From IMG/VR virus record IMGVR_UViG_2710724122_000003, positions 1 through 64,000 of that record: a stretch of 64,000 nt of DNA; one strand, written 5' to 3'. The position numbers were made by a program, and so were the translations under genes. This document shows, one piece after another, positions 19,306 to 30,037 of this stretch. Numbering within the stretch: the stretch's first letter is position 1; each line of letters starts with the position of its first letter. This DNA is from an uncultured virus (IMG/VR IMGVR_UViG_2710724122_000003) (Duplodnaviria > Heunggongvirae > Uroviricota > Caudoviricetes). A model generated the notes under the pieces. That model was not told the DNA's origin and ran no database searches. It saw nothing but the letters and a program-made list of their open reading frames with translations.

Positions 19306-20780
19306 CGATAACGCTCCCTATACGTGACCTCTACTTGACCTATGTTATTTGGAAAAACAGTTAAATCGTTTTTCCCTTTTTCAATACGTATATAGTCACT
19401 CAGAAAGTCTTTTATATTAATTGCATCCGCGCCGTTAATACGAATACTGGCATCCGATGAATCAATTTCTACAACGTCTCCTTTTTGAACAATGTAGGGG
19501 ATTTGACGTTCTGTATTGCTATTTACTCTTTGCACTTTAATATCGTGCACAGCTGCAGTCAGCGGAAACGCATCGTTAAATGCACATATATGCACAATAA
19601 TCTGCGCAACCTTTTTCATAAAGCTATTGCCCGTATCGTACCATTGGGCAAATTTTTCCGTATGATAATTTCCTTTTTCATCGATTAAAGCAATATCACC
19701 TTGCCAATAGTTCCCTACCCGCGCAATGTGTAGACGACCATAAAAATCATTCCATGTTGTACGATAATAACCCGTTTCCGCTATAATCCTATGATTGTAG
19801 TCACCGTTTCCTACTATGACTTCACCGAAATTTTCGCTAGAATTTCTATACGCATCAAACATACCTACTTTTCCGACTACAACGCTACTTTCGTCTAATA
19901 AATAAAGTTCTACACGTCCCATAGTTGCAGGATTTAAGTTCCGACATTCGACTATTGCATCAAGCGTGAAATCTTGTAATGGACCTCCAGTGATACTTTT
20001 TTTCCCTGCGGGTCCGTGCCAATATTGACCTTGACCGTAATCTGATGGCATAAAACGTGCGCCGTCTGCGATCATTTTCCCTGCTACGATTCCGTAGTCT
20101 GAAACAAAGTCTTTTCCTACTTCCGTCCAGCCCACTAAAGAATTCGCTTTATCATGCATAACCAATTCATACCGGCTTATTGGTGTTTCATCTACCTTAA
20201 CTGGATATCCAATACGGAAATGCTGATTTCCATTTTCATTTACAATATCGATAAATGTAGAAGGGTTCTCTACTTGTATCTTAAATTTGGGATCAGCAAA
20301 CTTTGATCCTACATTAGTCACTACGGCTTTAAGTAAATTATTACTTTCTATTTTCGCTTTTACAGATTGTTGTGCACCTAATTTAAATGCTGACGTACAA
20401 ATAAAAGTTATCTTGCATTGGTAAAGTCTATCTGTTTCCAATAGTTCCTCCACAGACTCTTTCATACCGTAATACGTCATTTCGGGCTCATCTGCAAATA
20501 CAATCGGTACCTCTTCTTCTGTATCTAATATAGAATTCAATTCGTTTAGGCGTTTTCTTAAATCAAAAGAAGAGGCCCCTTTAAGTGTAACTTCTACTTC
20601 AAGGGGCACTTCTGGGTTTCTCTTTTTCACATAGCGGGATCCAGGCCGATTCTGGGTAGTAATCCTGCTTATTTCATCACTCATCACACCGCGACCTTTT
20701 GGTATTCCTACCAAAAGATAACCGTCATTATCTTTATTTGTAAACTGATTTTCTAAATCGATACCATTAAAAATAAGCAG
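19302..20780 (-). CDS. Distal tail protein (Dit); probable CTG start at 20780
   Basis: Follows tape measure gene; RBS GGAGGGAG precedes in-frame CTG, giving (M)LIFNGIDLE. Confidence 0.85.
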   Translation of the reverse strand: MLIFNGIDLENQFTNKDNDGYLLVGIPKGRGVMSDEISRITTQNRPGSRYVKKRNPEVPLEVEVTLKGASSFDLRKRLNELNSILDTEEEVPIVFADEPEMTYYGMKESVEELLETDRLYQCKITFICTSAFKLGAQQSVKAKIESNNLLKAVVTNVGSKFADPKFKIQVENPSTFIDIVNENGNQHFRIGYPVKVDETPISRYELVMHDKANSLVGWTEVGKDFVSDYGIVAGKMIADGARFMPSDYGQGQYWHGPAGKKSITGGPLQDFTLDAIVECRNLNPATMGRVELYLLDESSVVVGKVGMFDAYRNSSENFGEVIVGNGDYNHRIIAETGYYRTTWNDFYGRLHIARVGNYWQGDIALIDEKGNYHTEKFAQWYDTGNSFMKKVAQIIVHICAFNDAFPLTAAVHDIKVQRVNSNTERQIPYIVQKGDVVEIDSSDASIRINGADAINIKDFLSDYIRIEKGKNDLTVFPNNIGQVEVTYRERYR

Positions 20781-20795
20781 TTTACTCCCTCCTTC

Positions 20796-23700
20796 CTAGA
20801 ACGCTTGTTTACGTTCTTTAACAGCCTCTTGCTGACTTGTAATATCATCAACAAATCTTGAGAATTCTTGTTTGCCAAGTTGTACATTAATATAAGCCGG
20901 TTGTTTATTTATTGTTTGTATATCGGATTCACTTGTATTGCTTCCATTTTGATTTTTACTTACAGCATCTTGTCCAAAATTAGAAATTGCGGATATTCTT
21001 GAGGCATTTGCAGGTGTTTTGTACCCAGCAGAAACCATTGGAATTGTTGTCCCTGATACAGCCCCCATAGAAACATCACCAAGTGATATTCCTTCTGATA
21101 ACGAATCAAACGCATCCTTCACTGTTACTGCCATATTTTTTGCGGCTCTTAAAACCGGATTCTCCATTTGGTTAATCCCCCATATTAAACCTTCACCGAC
21201 GTAATTACCTGTATCTCGCATTTCCCTAGAAGGGGACTTAACTTGTAATACTCTATTTACAGTACTAACAATGCTACTTCCTAAACTCTTCGCAGCATCT
21301 ATTGCATCGCCAATCATCGAACCAATTCCACCTATTAATCCTTGAACAATATTTACCCCAGTTTCAAAGAGATCAACATCTCCTAAAGACTCTAATAATT
21401 GGCTTCCAATTTCTACACCTGAGCTGAATACTTCGCCAATTAAACTCAAAATACCGTCAATTAGAGCACCTATTAATTCAACGCCAGCTGCTAACAATTG
21501 TGGTAAATGTTCTATAATTGCTTTTAACAATTCCGCCATTAACCTTATTGCAGCAGCAACCAATTGAGGAAGCACTTTAATTATCCCGTCTATTAATTTA
21601 GTTAATATTTGCACACCTGCATCAATAATTTGTGGTAGATTTTGAATAACAACCTCAGTAAACTTCGTAATTATTTTAATAACTGCATCTACAATCTGAG
21701 GGAGCATTTGAATAATCCCGTCTACCAGTTTTATTAAAATTTGCATTCCTGATTCAATAATTTGCGGTAGATTTTGAATAACAACCTCAGTGAATTTCGT
21801 AATGATCTGCATCACAGCATCAATTAATTGAGGTAGAACTTGAATAATCCCCTCAATTAATGAATTAAGGACTTTAATCCCTGCATCTATAATTAACGGC
21901 AAATTTTGAACAATGGTATTTAATAATGCTGTCAGGATCTGAATAGCTGCTTCAATTAATTGAGGTAGCATTTGAATGATTCCATTAACTAAAGATAGTA
22001 AAATTTGAATCCCTGCATCTATTAACATAGGAATCATAGGAATTATTGTTTGAATGAACATTGTAATAACTTGTATTGCTGTCTGCACAATCATAGGTAA
22101 CATTTGTGTAATACCTTGAACAAGCGCGTTTATAATTTGAACTGCCGCTTCTATAATGACAGGTAAAGCCGTTACAATAGCCGTTACGAGTGTTTGTATC
22201 AAAGAGATACCAATTGTTATAATCTGCGGTAACAGCGTTGTGATCCCTGTTGTAAACGTTGTTACAATTAGTAAAACAGACTCTATAATTTGTGGCAGTG
22301 CTTGTGTGATACCTTGTACTATTCCAGTGATTATTTTAATTCCTTGTTCTAGAAAAACAGGTAATTGAGTCGTTACGAAATTCGTTAATCCAGAAACCAA
22401 GTTGTTTAGGATTTCACCGAACTTAGTAACCATTTGAGCGCCACCAACACCAGCTGCTTCTGTCATTCTTGCAAACATAGTGCCAATTCCAATGACTAGC
22501 CCAGGTACACCGCCAATAATTACGGCAAGTAATGAAGGAAAAATTGTTTTGAACAATTCAGTCAGTCCAGAAAAATCACCATGGAAAGCCTGTACAATAG
22601 CTTCTTTCATTATTCTAAATGCTTCTTCAATTTTACCTAAAAATTTATTGATTCCTTGTATAACCTCATCGTTCATTCCGATAGAACTAAGCATTTTTTC
22701 GCCATTTATTTGACTTCCGAATACCAACTGGAATAAGCCTTTGATCGCTGTTACAGTATTATCAACGGCTTTTCTAAACGGCTCTATGTTTTTATATGCA
22801 TACGTAAACCCTACTGCCAATCCAGCAATTGCAGCAGCTACAGCCCAAGCTACAGGGCTGACGACCATTAACCCTAAAGCCAATGGTTTCACCATTTGCC
22901 AAACTAAGAATAAGGCTGCTCTATATCCTTTTAGAAGTCCAATACCGACTGCTAAGGGAGCAAGGATCAATGTTAATGCTGGAACTAACATCATAGTTCC
23001 CTGAATGAATTTAGCTAGAACCGGGTGTGCTTCATTAAATTTAATTATCAATTCTGCTATCGCGGTTACGAATTTATAAATAGGTATCATAACCGCTGCG
23101 AAAGCTTCTTTCATCGGATTAAAGGCTTTAGATAGCTTTTCTAACATTTTTGTATATGCTTCAGCATATTTTGGATTCATTTCCATGTTAGCCTTGTGTA
23201 ATGCGCCATACAATAAGACAGAAGAAATCGCAGCAGCGAGCGCAACCATTTGCATTCGCATTAATCCCGTATTTATTACTCGTATTTGATCGTTTAATTC
23301 TTTCATTGACGCATTCGGACCAACAAATTCTAATGCTAATTGTGCCGCACTACCCCTATTCGCCATTCTTTCGATAGCCTCTCCTACAGCTAACGCCCCA
23401 TGTGACAAGCTGTATAATGGATTTCCCATTGTTCTTAGATTGTCTCTGAGCCTAGTTGCTGTAGGAGTCATATTGTTCATGGTTGCAATTGTTTCTAAAA
23501 TAGCAGCTTTCGCTTCAACATTATTGTTTATTAATGCATCATTGGCAGCTTTTTGCGCTTTACCAATCTCATTAACTTGTGCAATTAAATCTTGAGCTGA
23601 ACCAGTATAAGTATCCATGCTCATAGCAGTTTGCAAATATTGAAGTTCTGCTCGCTTTAATTGTTCTATATGTGGTTTCATAGCTTCTCTTTGTTGTCTG

Positions 23701-23894
23701 TTTATTTCACGTATTTCCCTACTTAATTCACTATTAGCATCACCCATATTTTCAATATTTCTTCGATACTCACGAGATGTACTGTTTGTTGTTCTAACAA
23801 AATCATTTAACTGATTTTGCATAGCAGCCATTTCTCTTCGTATCTGATCTGTTTCAGCTCTAAATTGAACTACTAATTCTTCTTGTGTCGCCAA
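20796..23894 (-). CDS. Tail tape measure protein
   Basis: 1032 aa, amphipathic LPQII..G..II repeats, SPSR motif. Confidence 0.93.
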   Translation of the reverse strand: MATQEELVVQFRAETDQIRREMAAMQNQLNDFVRTTNSTSREYRRNIENMGDANSELSREIREINRQQREAMKPHIEQLKRAELQYLQTAMSMDTYTGSAQDLIAQVNEIGKAQKAANDALINNNVEAKAAILETIATMNNMTPTATRLRDNLRTMGNPLYSLSHGALAVGEAIERMANRGSAAQLALEFVGPNASMKELNDQIRVINTGLMRMQMVALAAAISSVLLYGALHKANMEMNPKYAEAYTKMLEKLSKAFNPMKEAFAAVMIPIYKFVTAIAELIIKFNEAHPVLAKFIQGTMMLVPALTLILAPLAVGIGLLKGYRAALFLVWQMVKPLALGLMVVSPVAWAVAAAIAGLAVGFTYAYKNIEPFRKAVDNTVTAIKGLFQLVFGSQINGEKMLSSIGMNDEVIQGINKFLGKIEEAFRIMKEAIVQAFHGDFSGLTELFKTIFPSLLAVIIGGVPGLVIGIGTMFARMTEAAGVGGAQMVTKFGEILNNLVSGLTNFVTTQLPVFLEQGIKIITGIVQGITQALPQIIESVLLIVTTFTTGITTLLPQIITIGISLIQTLVTAIVTALPVIIEAAVQIINALVQGITQMLPMIVQTAIQVITMFIQTIIPMIPMLIDAGIQILLSLVNGIIQMLPQLIEAAIQILTALLNTIVQNLPLIIDAGIKVLNSLIEGIIQVLPQLIDAVMQIITKFTEVVIQNLPQIIESGMQILIKLVDGIIQMLPQIVDAVIKIITKFTEVVIQNLPQIIDAGVQILTKLIDGIIKVLPQLVAAAIRLMAELLKAIIEHLPQLLAAGVELIGALIDGILSLIGEVFSSGVEIGSQLLESLGDVDLFETGVNIVQGLIGGIGSMIGDAIDAAKSLGSSIVSTVNRVLQVKSPSREMRDTGNYVGEGLIWGINQMENPVLRAAKNMAVTVKDAFDSLSEGISLGDVSMGAVSGTTIPMVSAGYKTPANASRISAISNFGQDAVSKNQNGSNTSESDIQTINKQPAYINVQLGKQEFSRFVDDITSQQEAVKERKQAF

Positions 23895-23913
23895 AATCTC
23901 ACCTACCTTTCAA

Positions 23914-24174
23914 TCAACCAAAGTTAAGATTTTGTAAGAATTGCATGTTTTCTTCTGCTTTCTTCGCAAGATCCTCTATAGATTTTTTCTTTTGTTCATC
24001 AGTAACCATTTTCGTTCTGTCGAATAAATCCTTAGGTTTCATCGTTTTCTTCGGATTGCTGTGATAAACAGACCGCATCATGAGAGCGAATATGCTGTAA
24101 GTTTGCAATTCATCTAGATATTGTTCATTTCTCCCCGTCATCATGTTTTGAAACTCACGAGGAGAAAGGTTCAT
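23914..24174 (-). CDS. Tail assembly chaperone extension (gpT-like), probably reached by -1 frameshift
   Basis: Frame stays open upstream to slippery T TTT TTC at 24369-24363. Confidence 0.8.
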   Translation of the reverse strand: MNLSPREFQNMMTGRNEQYLDELQTYSIFALMMRSVYHSNPKKTMKPKDLFDRTKMVTDEQKKKSIEDLAKKAEENMQFLQNLNFG

Positions 24175-24227
24175 TACTTCACTTGGTAATAAACCTAAGT
24201 ATCTAAATCCATCTTGCTGTACCTTGT

Positions 24228-24659
24228 CTAGTTCTTCTCTAGTAAAGTCGGTTGTTCTTCGTCCGTCCCGTACATCTCGTCCGCCATCTCTTTCAGTTCC
24301 GGATTCTTCGCTACCAATTGTTTCTTCATTCGTGTTTTTAGTTTCTTCGTTGTCGCTTTGTAGAAAAAATTATCTGCTACTACTTCGTTAAGAACTTCAT
24401 CAATGAACTCTTGTGAGATTTTCTCTGCTTCGAATTGTTTTTCAATTTCAGTAACAACTTGCTCTCTAGTGATTCCTTCACCTGTATGCATTAATCCAAA
24501 GTAAATAGCGTCTTCAAACATATCTAAATCACCTTGTAAACAAGCTCCAATAACTTCTTGTGCGCCACCTTTATATTTCTTGTTTAGCTCAGCAATTGTT
24601 TTGTAAGTAAGTTTTAATTCGTGTTCTTTCCCTTTAATTTCAAAACGCATATATATCAA
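24228..24659 (-). CDS. Tail assembly chaperone (gpG-like)
   Basis: Between tail tube and tape measure genes. Confidence 0.85.
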   Translation of the reverse strand: MIYMRFEIKGKEHELKLTYKTIAELNKKYKGGAQEVIGACLQGDLDMFEDAIYFGLMHTGEGITREQVVTEIEKQFEAEKISQEFIDEVLNEVVADNFFYKATTKKLKTRMKKQLVAKNPELKEMADEMYGTDEEQPTLLEKN

Positions 24660-24716
24660 TCTCCTTTTGATTGGATGTTATTTTCAAATTTAAAAAGAAG
24701 CGGTAAAAACCGCTCT

Positions 24717-25196
24717 TTATTCTCCTGCACCTTTAGGAATCTCAGTTAATGTTTCTGTACGTGTTGTACCAGAAAGCTTTGTCTCTACTGAATAAGAAAC
24801 AAATTCTCCAGTAGATGATGATCTTTCAAAAGAAGTCAGCATATATGTTCCAATTTCAGCTTCTTTTGTACGCTTATTAATTTCATAAATCTCGATGTAC
24901 TCTTTGTTTCGAATAGTAGCTTTTGCAGCCGGGTAGAACACGTCTCCCTCTGATAACGTACAACCAAATGAACGAGTCTCAGATACTTTACCATAGTCAT
25001 TAATCGTTCTATCTTTCGACTCTGCTTCAATCTCATCTGCTTCAATACTATGGGATTCTTCGTTTTGATCAAACGGACGAACTAATTTTTTTGCTGTTGG
25101 ATTTGCTGGATCCTTTATCATCGCAGCGATAATATATTCGTCACCACGATACATTTTATTTTTCACAGTAGGTGTTGTTTCAGTTGTGCCAGCCAT
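24717..25196 (-). CDS. Major tail (tube) protein
   Basis: Position; ~160-aa beta-rich protein; terminator hairpin follows. Confidence 0.8.
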   Translation of the reverse strand: MAGTTETTPTVKNKMYRGDEYIIAAMIKDPANPTAKKLVRPFDQNEESHSIEADEIEAESKDRTINDYGKVSETRSFGCTLSEGDVFYPAAKATIRNKEYIEIYEINKRTKEAEIGTYMLTSFERSSSTGEFVSYSVETKLSGTTRTETLTEIPKGAGE

Positions 25197-25209
25197 ACAT
25201 TCACACTCC

Positions 25210-25611
25210 TTAATTCAAGTAAGTTTGTTGGTATTCAAAAATCATTGTTAATTGAGCTGAACCAACCTCAACTGGGGCGGTAGTAACTCTTCTAAAATAG
25301 ACGGTATCAGTCGATTCACTTCCATCCTCATTACGAAGCCTCAATGTGTAACCGCTGCGTCTAATTAAGTTTGCAATCTCATCAGATAGACTCATAGCTT
25401 CCTCTGTCGTTGCATTAAAAAACCTCACTGTCATTGTGTACAGTAAGGTGAATGTATCCTTTGTATTTTTCAAATCATTCGTTAATAAGTGCGGGAAGTA
25501 CACTGAAGGCACTCTTATTTCTTCTGGTACCTGCTCATGATAAGCAAATGTACCTTGAGGCAGATTATCAAAGATGAAGGCTTTCATAGAACCATGTATT
25601 TGTGCATACAT
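25210..25611 (-). CDS. Tail completion/terminator protein
   Basis: Position in head-tail module. Confidence 0.7.
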   Translation of the reverse strand: MYAQIHGSMKAFIFDNLPQGTFAYHEQVPEEIRVPSVYFPHLLTNDLKNTKDTFTLLYTMTVRFFNATTEEAMSLSDEIANLIRRSGYTLRLRNEDGSESTDTVYFRRVTTAPVEVGSAQLTMIFEYQQTYLN

Positions 25612-25614
25612 AAC

Positions 25615-26100
25615 CTAACCTCCATGTAACCATTGCCTAAATTTACGGTCAAATGCAGTTTGGAACATACGCTCATAGATAGCGATAGCATTATCCCAGT
25701 AAGGACGACCTTCTATAAATTTAGCAGTTAACATCATCCCAGTCGGTGCATGTGGATCATATTCGAAATTATGACCTTCCCATCTTCCAGGGACAAATCG
25801 TCTAACTTGTTGGTGGCCGTCATTTACAACCTTAGCATAAGAAACCGAAGTACCCACATCAAGTGTCAATCCACCATTAGAAGAGCGCCATACGTTTTCT
25901 CCATCTCCTTTTGTAAATGAATTCAAAAGAAGCCTAGTGTCTACAACTGCTAGTGAAATGATTTGATTTTGAACCTCTTCTAAAAACTGAAATCCACTAG
26001 CTTCAAGCCATAAAGCAACGTTCTGATCTAACCCGTTCGCCATACGATTCAACTTAGCACTGAATTCTCGGAATCCTCTAGTCGTTATTTGGCTAACCAT
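25615..26100 (-). CDS. HK97 gp10-like tail component
   Basis: VDTR.L..S, YAKVVNDGH motifs. Confidence 0.8.
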   Translation of the reverse strand: MVSQITTRGFREFSAKLNRMANGLDQNVALWLEASGFQFLEEVQNQIISLAVVDTRLLLNSFTKGDGENVWRSSNGGLTLDVGTSVSYAKVVNDGHQQVRRFVPGRWEGHNFEYDPHAPTGMMLTAKFIEGRPYWDNAIAIYERMFQTAFDRKFRQWLHGG

Positions 26101-26477
26101 GGCTCACTCTTCCTTTCTGCAGTGGCCTTTATATGCGAAACCTCGCTAGTAAGTGGATGCACTACCGGAAAAGGATTGCGTATATAGTAAACGACATCAG
26201 TATTCTTCTTGATTACCTTGTCATTATGTTTTATATCTGTACCAGGCATAAATAGCACTCGTGTGTGCTGTTCATTTAGTTGATTTGGTGCAGATTGTAT
26301 TGCAGTAGGTCTAGCACTTACTACATTCTCTGCAAAGTAACAAATTTGTTCTGCTATATCAGGATTTTCATTGTAATAATATACAGTTTCTCCTGGCTGA
26401 CCAAACTTACCTGGCTGTTCTTTCTTCTGCAAATGGTAAACATCACATGCGTGAACCATCATTCCTTTTAGAGACAT
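26085..26477 (-). CDS. Head closure protein (YqbH/XkdH-like)
   Basis: H.CDVYHL motif; position. Confidence 0.75.
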   Translation of the reverse strand: MSLKGMMVHACDVYHLQKKEQPGKFGQPGETVYYYNENPDIAEQICYFAENVVSARPTAIQSAPNQLNEQHTRVLFMPGTDIKHNDKVIKKNTDVVYYIRNPFPVVHPLTSEVSHIKATAERKSEPWLAK

Positions 26478-26878
26478 TAAATAGACCTCATTTTAAATAT
26501 GACTTTCTTTTTACTTGTGTTAGGTATAAATCCCTTTAATAAATTAAGCACATCCGGTTTGGTGATACTTGAACTATCCTTCGTATACGAATAATCCCCT
26601 CCACCAACACTTTCAGACTTAATGCCCTCCATAGCTTTCGTATCAGCATTTTTATAAGCGTAATGCTGTGCCAACTTCTTACAAGCTAGTTTTACCTCTT
26701 TAGGAATTACCGGGAATCTCGTTATATCAGCGAAATTAGCTATGTTAGGAATATTATTAATCTCTGTTTCCGCCTCAAGTATATCCTGCTCCAATAGAGG
26801 AACAGGACGCTTTTTCACTTCAGGCAGCACAGTATAATCTATTAATTCTTGAGCAGTAATAAGCGACATACCTATCAC
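26477..26878 (-). CDS. Head-tail adaptor (YqbG-like)
   Basis: KSES.G.DYSYT motif; position. Confidence 0.75.
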   Translation of the reverse strand: MIGMSLITAQELIDYTVLPEVKKRPVPLLEQDILEAETEINNIPNIANFADITRFPVIPKEVKLACKKLAQHYAYKNADTKAMEGIKSESVGGGDYSYTKDSSSITKPDVLNLLKGFIPNTSKKKVIFKMRSI

Positions 26879-27042
26879 TCCTCTCCTTTAGATTTACTAC
26901 CTTCTTTTCGGACTGCAAATTGTTCGTTACCACTTAGATAATCGTACGTTTTCTTTGTAACCTTCTCTTCTTGCCCCAATAAAAATAGACGTTCATGGAC
27001 ATCATATGTTTTCCCGACTATTAATTTAGCATAGTAATTCAA
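26875..27042 (-). CDS. 55-aa YqbF-like protein (not in ORF track)
   Basis: TTG start with GGAG RBS; MNYYAKLIVGKTYDV...; directly after capsid gene. Confidence 0.65.
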   Translation of the reverse strand: MNYYAKLIVGKTYDVHERLFLLGQEEKVTKKTYDYLSGNEQFAVRKEGSKSKGEE

Positions 27043-27048
27043 AAGTCA

Positions 27049-27978
27049 TCACTCCTTAACTTTGATAACTTTTGCCACTGCATCTTCCTCTTCGAACTTC
27101 ACATCAACTTTCGCAGTTAAAACAATAATGAATTTACGAGCGCGAATATCCTTATCCACTTCAATTCGAATATTACGGCTCATACCTGTCACAATATTTT
27201 TAGGAAGAGTTAATAAAATATCAGATACAGTATTGGCTCCATCATTATATGGCTGTAACATAGCAATCCCCTCTACTGGAATACCATAAGCAGAAGCTAA
27301 ACCACCTTGAAGTGAAACATCCCCTAAGTTAGTTTGTCGCATTGCTACTTGATCTTTCCATTCAATTTCTAAACCATGTGATGTATAAAACTTCCAATCT
27401 TTAGGGTTACGCAGGTATTTAGCAGGAACAGCTTTATAAGCTTTCTTAAATACATCTTTAGTAAATGCATCTGCAGCACCATCTACAACATGCGAAGTTG
27501 CTTGTTTACGCAGACCATCTAATAAAGCTAAATAAGGATCTGTAGATGCTATATCACCATTCAAAATTAATTCTTCAATATCTAATGCAGCACGATCTGC
27601 AATCATCTGCATGATTGTGTTTTGAAGATTCCCACCCTCAATATTGTTTTCCAATGTATCATAAGTAATATGCACTTCAGCAATTACTTCTTTGGCATTT
27701 AACGTAATTGTACTAGTTGATGGAGCAGAGCGATCAGAGTCTTTTAAAGGTACACCTTCAACGCCAGGACGAAGAATACGGGAACCAAAGCCAATCTTTT
27801 CAATTTTAAGTGTGTCTGAAGCCATTTGAATAAAGCGCGAATCCTTTAAAATAGTAGGGGAGTTTTGCACCATACGTAAAAATGTATCAGCTTGTTCAGG
27901 ATTCATTAAACCACCACTAGCCAATGTGGCAAGAGTAACGTCTGCTTTTTCAATAATTGTTTTGTTATTAAGTGTCAT
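27049..27978 (-). CDS. Major capsid protein (XkdG/YqbE-like)
   Basis: [14 protein letters not shown]; after protease gene. Confidence 0.9.
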   Translation of the reverse strand: MTLNNKTIIEKADVTLATLASGGLMNPEQADTFLRMVQNSPTILKDSRFIQMASDTLKIEKIGFGSRILRPGVEGVPLKDSDRSAPSTSTITLNAKEVIAEVHITYDTLENNIEGGNLQNTIMQMIADRAALDIEELILNGDIASTDPYLALLDGLRKQATSHVVDGAADAFTKDVFKKAYKAVPAKYLRNPKDWKFYTSHGLEIEWKDQVAMRQTNLGDVSLQGGLASAYGIPVEGIAMLQPYNDGANTVSDILLTLPKNIVTGMSRNIRIEVDKDIRARKFIIVLTAKVDVKFEEEDAVAKVIKVKE

Positions 27979-27999
27979 ATACCTTTTCCTCCTTCAGGC

Positions 28000-29034
28000 T
28001 TACAGTAAGCCATTCCATACAGATTTTTTGACTTCAGTTTTTTCAACAACATCAGTATCTTGTTGATTGCTAACGCCTTGAGATTTTTTCAACGTTTCAA
28101 TCTCTTCACGTAGGGAAGCAGTAGCAGCTTCAACAGCTTTTTCTACTCTAATATCTTCTTCTGTTTTTTCCTCGTCGAGATTAAGATGTTTTTTAACAGA
28201 AGCTAATTCCTCTTTAATTGGATTTACTGCTTTCTCTACTGCGGATGCTAATGTCTTTTCTAACTGTTCTTGATTAAACTCCATATTATCTTCCTCACTT
28301 CCTGCATTTTCTGTTGACGGTGCGACGCGTGTTCTTAGATTTGTTAAAGAATCAATAGCTGCATCAATATCAGCCATGTTCACATTACTGATTTTCATAC
28401 CAGCTTTTTCTACTGCGGAAAGGAATGTTGCTTCATCATCAGCATCTTTCACAACTTCAATCTGTTTTTGCCCACTAAAAAAGCCCTTCACCAATTGGAA
28501 GAAGGACTTCATTTGTTTCTCTTCAGTTTTAGTTACTTCTTCCTCAATTACTTCTGTCTCGGCAACTCCTGCAAGGGAATAGCCTGTCATTTTTCCATCT
28601 TTAATATCTTTCCATATCTCATCAGTTGCTTCTGTCACCAGTACCCATGTACCTTTTGTGATTATTTCACCGTTTATTTCCATATCGACAGGAGCTACAT
28701 AACTTTCTACTACTTTTCCTGCTCCTGCATTAAAATCATGTTGAGTGTCGATATTACGATACTTAGCAATAAAATTATGAGCGGATTTTTCTATTTCTTC
28801 CGCAGTCATGAAATCCCCGTGTGCGTCATGAGTGTTTGGATCATCCGCGCTGCCAGGAGAGTATACAATTCCATATACAAGTTTTTGCTCTTCGTCTTCA
28901 CCTTTAATAATTTTGACTTCTTTTTCAAATGTTGGTTCCTGTTCACTTTTCGTTAAGAAGAATTTCTTTTTGTTTGCAGCTTTATCCACAATAGAAACAA
29001 AACTTACATCCACGTTTTTTAGTTTTCTTGGCAT
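28000..29034 (-). CDS. Prohead protease/scaffold (XkdF-like)
   Basis: VSIVDKAAN, DAHGD, TGYSLAG. Confidence 0.88.
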   Translation of the reverse strand: MPRKLKNVDVSFVSIVDKAANKKKFFLTKSEQEPTFEKEVKIIKGEDEEQKLVYGIVYSPGSADDPNTHDAHGDFMTAEEIEKSAHNFIAKYRNIDTQHDFNAGAGKVVESYVAPVDMEINGEIITKGTWVLVTEATDEIWKDIKDGKMTGYSLAGVAETEVIEEEVTKTEEKQMKSFFQLVKGFFSGQKQIEVVKDADDEATFLSAVEKAGMKISNVNMADIDAAIDSLTNLRTRVAPSTENAGSEEDNMEFNQEQLEKTLASAVEKAVNPIKEELASVKKHLNLDEEKTEEDIRVEKAVEAATASLREEIETLKKSQGVSNQQDTDVVEKTEVKKSVWNGLL

Positions 29035-29080
29035 TTACTCACCCCCTTTCAAATATGAACCAGCTTAATTTTAAAAGTCT

Positions 29081-30037
29081 TCATTTCTTGTTCAACTCCT
29101 TCAAAGTTTCTTCCCTAATCTTCTGTTTCTCTTCTTCAGATAGGCCTAATATATTGTTATCTACGGCAGGGGACATAATACATTTACAGTTAATTCTTTC
29201 ACGCCCACTTAACGAACTATCACGAGGAAACATACACCGTTCTCCAGAACCAGGGAGCTCAAATTCTTCCTCTACCAGAACCGTTGTACCGTCATACGCC
29301 ACATGATTATCACGAGGCTGATTGTTCCTTGTACCGCTATGACGCCACTTCTTACCTATTACAGCAGGGGATTGGCGATATGCTTCAAATTGAGAAGCAG
29401 AACATGCTGCGAGGACCTCTGTCTGCGCTGTTGTCTTTGCTCTTTTACGGTCGAATTCCGGTAGCTTCGCAAGCTCTCTTGCTATTTCACGAATACCTTT
29501 CCCTTTCTCTAATCCCTCGTTTAAAATACGCTCTACCGCTTTTTGCGAGTTAATCTGCATTAACTTACCTAATTCATCAGACCAACTATTAATCCACTTT
29601 GTAGTGCGTTTTGAGAAGACATTAAACTGAATATCAGGATCAATTGCATCCATGAAAGCTTTCGTCATATCCTTCATCGTGTAATTAAGGAACTTCCTCG
29701 CTACTTTACTCAAACTTTTAGCGAATGTATCAGCTCCAAATAGACTGCCAGTAACAAAGTTAATAACATCCTTTATCGTGATACCCTTTTCGATAGCATC
29801 CTTTTTCGTATAGTTCTTAATTCCATCAACAATGTACTTCTTCTGCTTCCGAAGTAGCTTGGCAACTTCCTTTTCGAAGTCCTCAACGTATCCCGGTAAC
29901 ATGTCCAATACTTCCAGATCATCAGGCAATGAGTCTGTAAAATCACCAGTATCAGCTTTCTCTATCCACTCATTTAATGAATCTAGCAGTTTATCAATCT
30001 TCTGCATCTTGCATCGACTCCAATAAGTCTCGTACAT
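29081..30037 (-). CDS. Minor head protein (SPP1 gp7/Mu F-like)
   Basis: AQTEV, PR..H, INCKC. Confidence 0.85.
   Translation of the reverse strand: MYETYWSRCKMQKIDKLLDSLNEWIEKADTGDFTDSLPDDLEVLDMLPGYVEDFEKEVAKLLRKQKKYIVDGIKNYTKKDAIEKGITIKDVINFVTGSLFGADTFAKSLSKVARKFLNYTMKDMTKAFMDAIDPDIQFNVFSKRTTKWINSWSDELGKLMQINSQKAVERILNEGLEKGKGIREIARELAKLPEFDRKRAKTTAQTEVLAACSASQFEAYRQSPAVIGKKWRHSGTRNNQPRDNHVAYDGTTVLVEEEFELPGSGERCMFPRDSSLSGRERINCKCIMSPAVDNNILGLSEEEKQKIREETLKELNKK

Noticed and set aside
21500..22400. Internal DNA repeats in the tape measure gene
   Set aside because: Ordinary tape-measure periodicity
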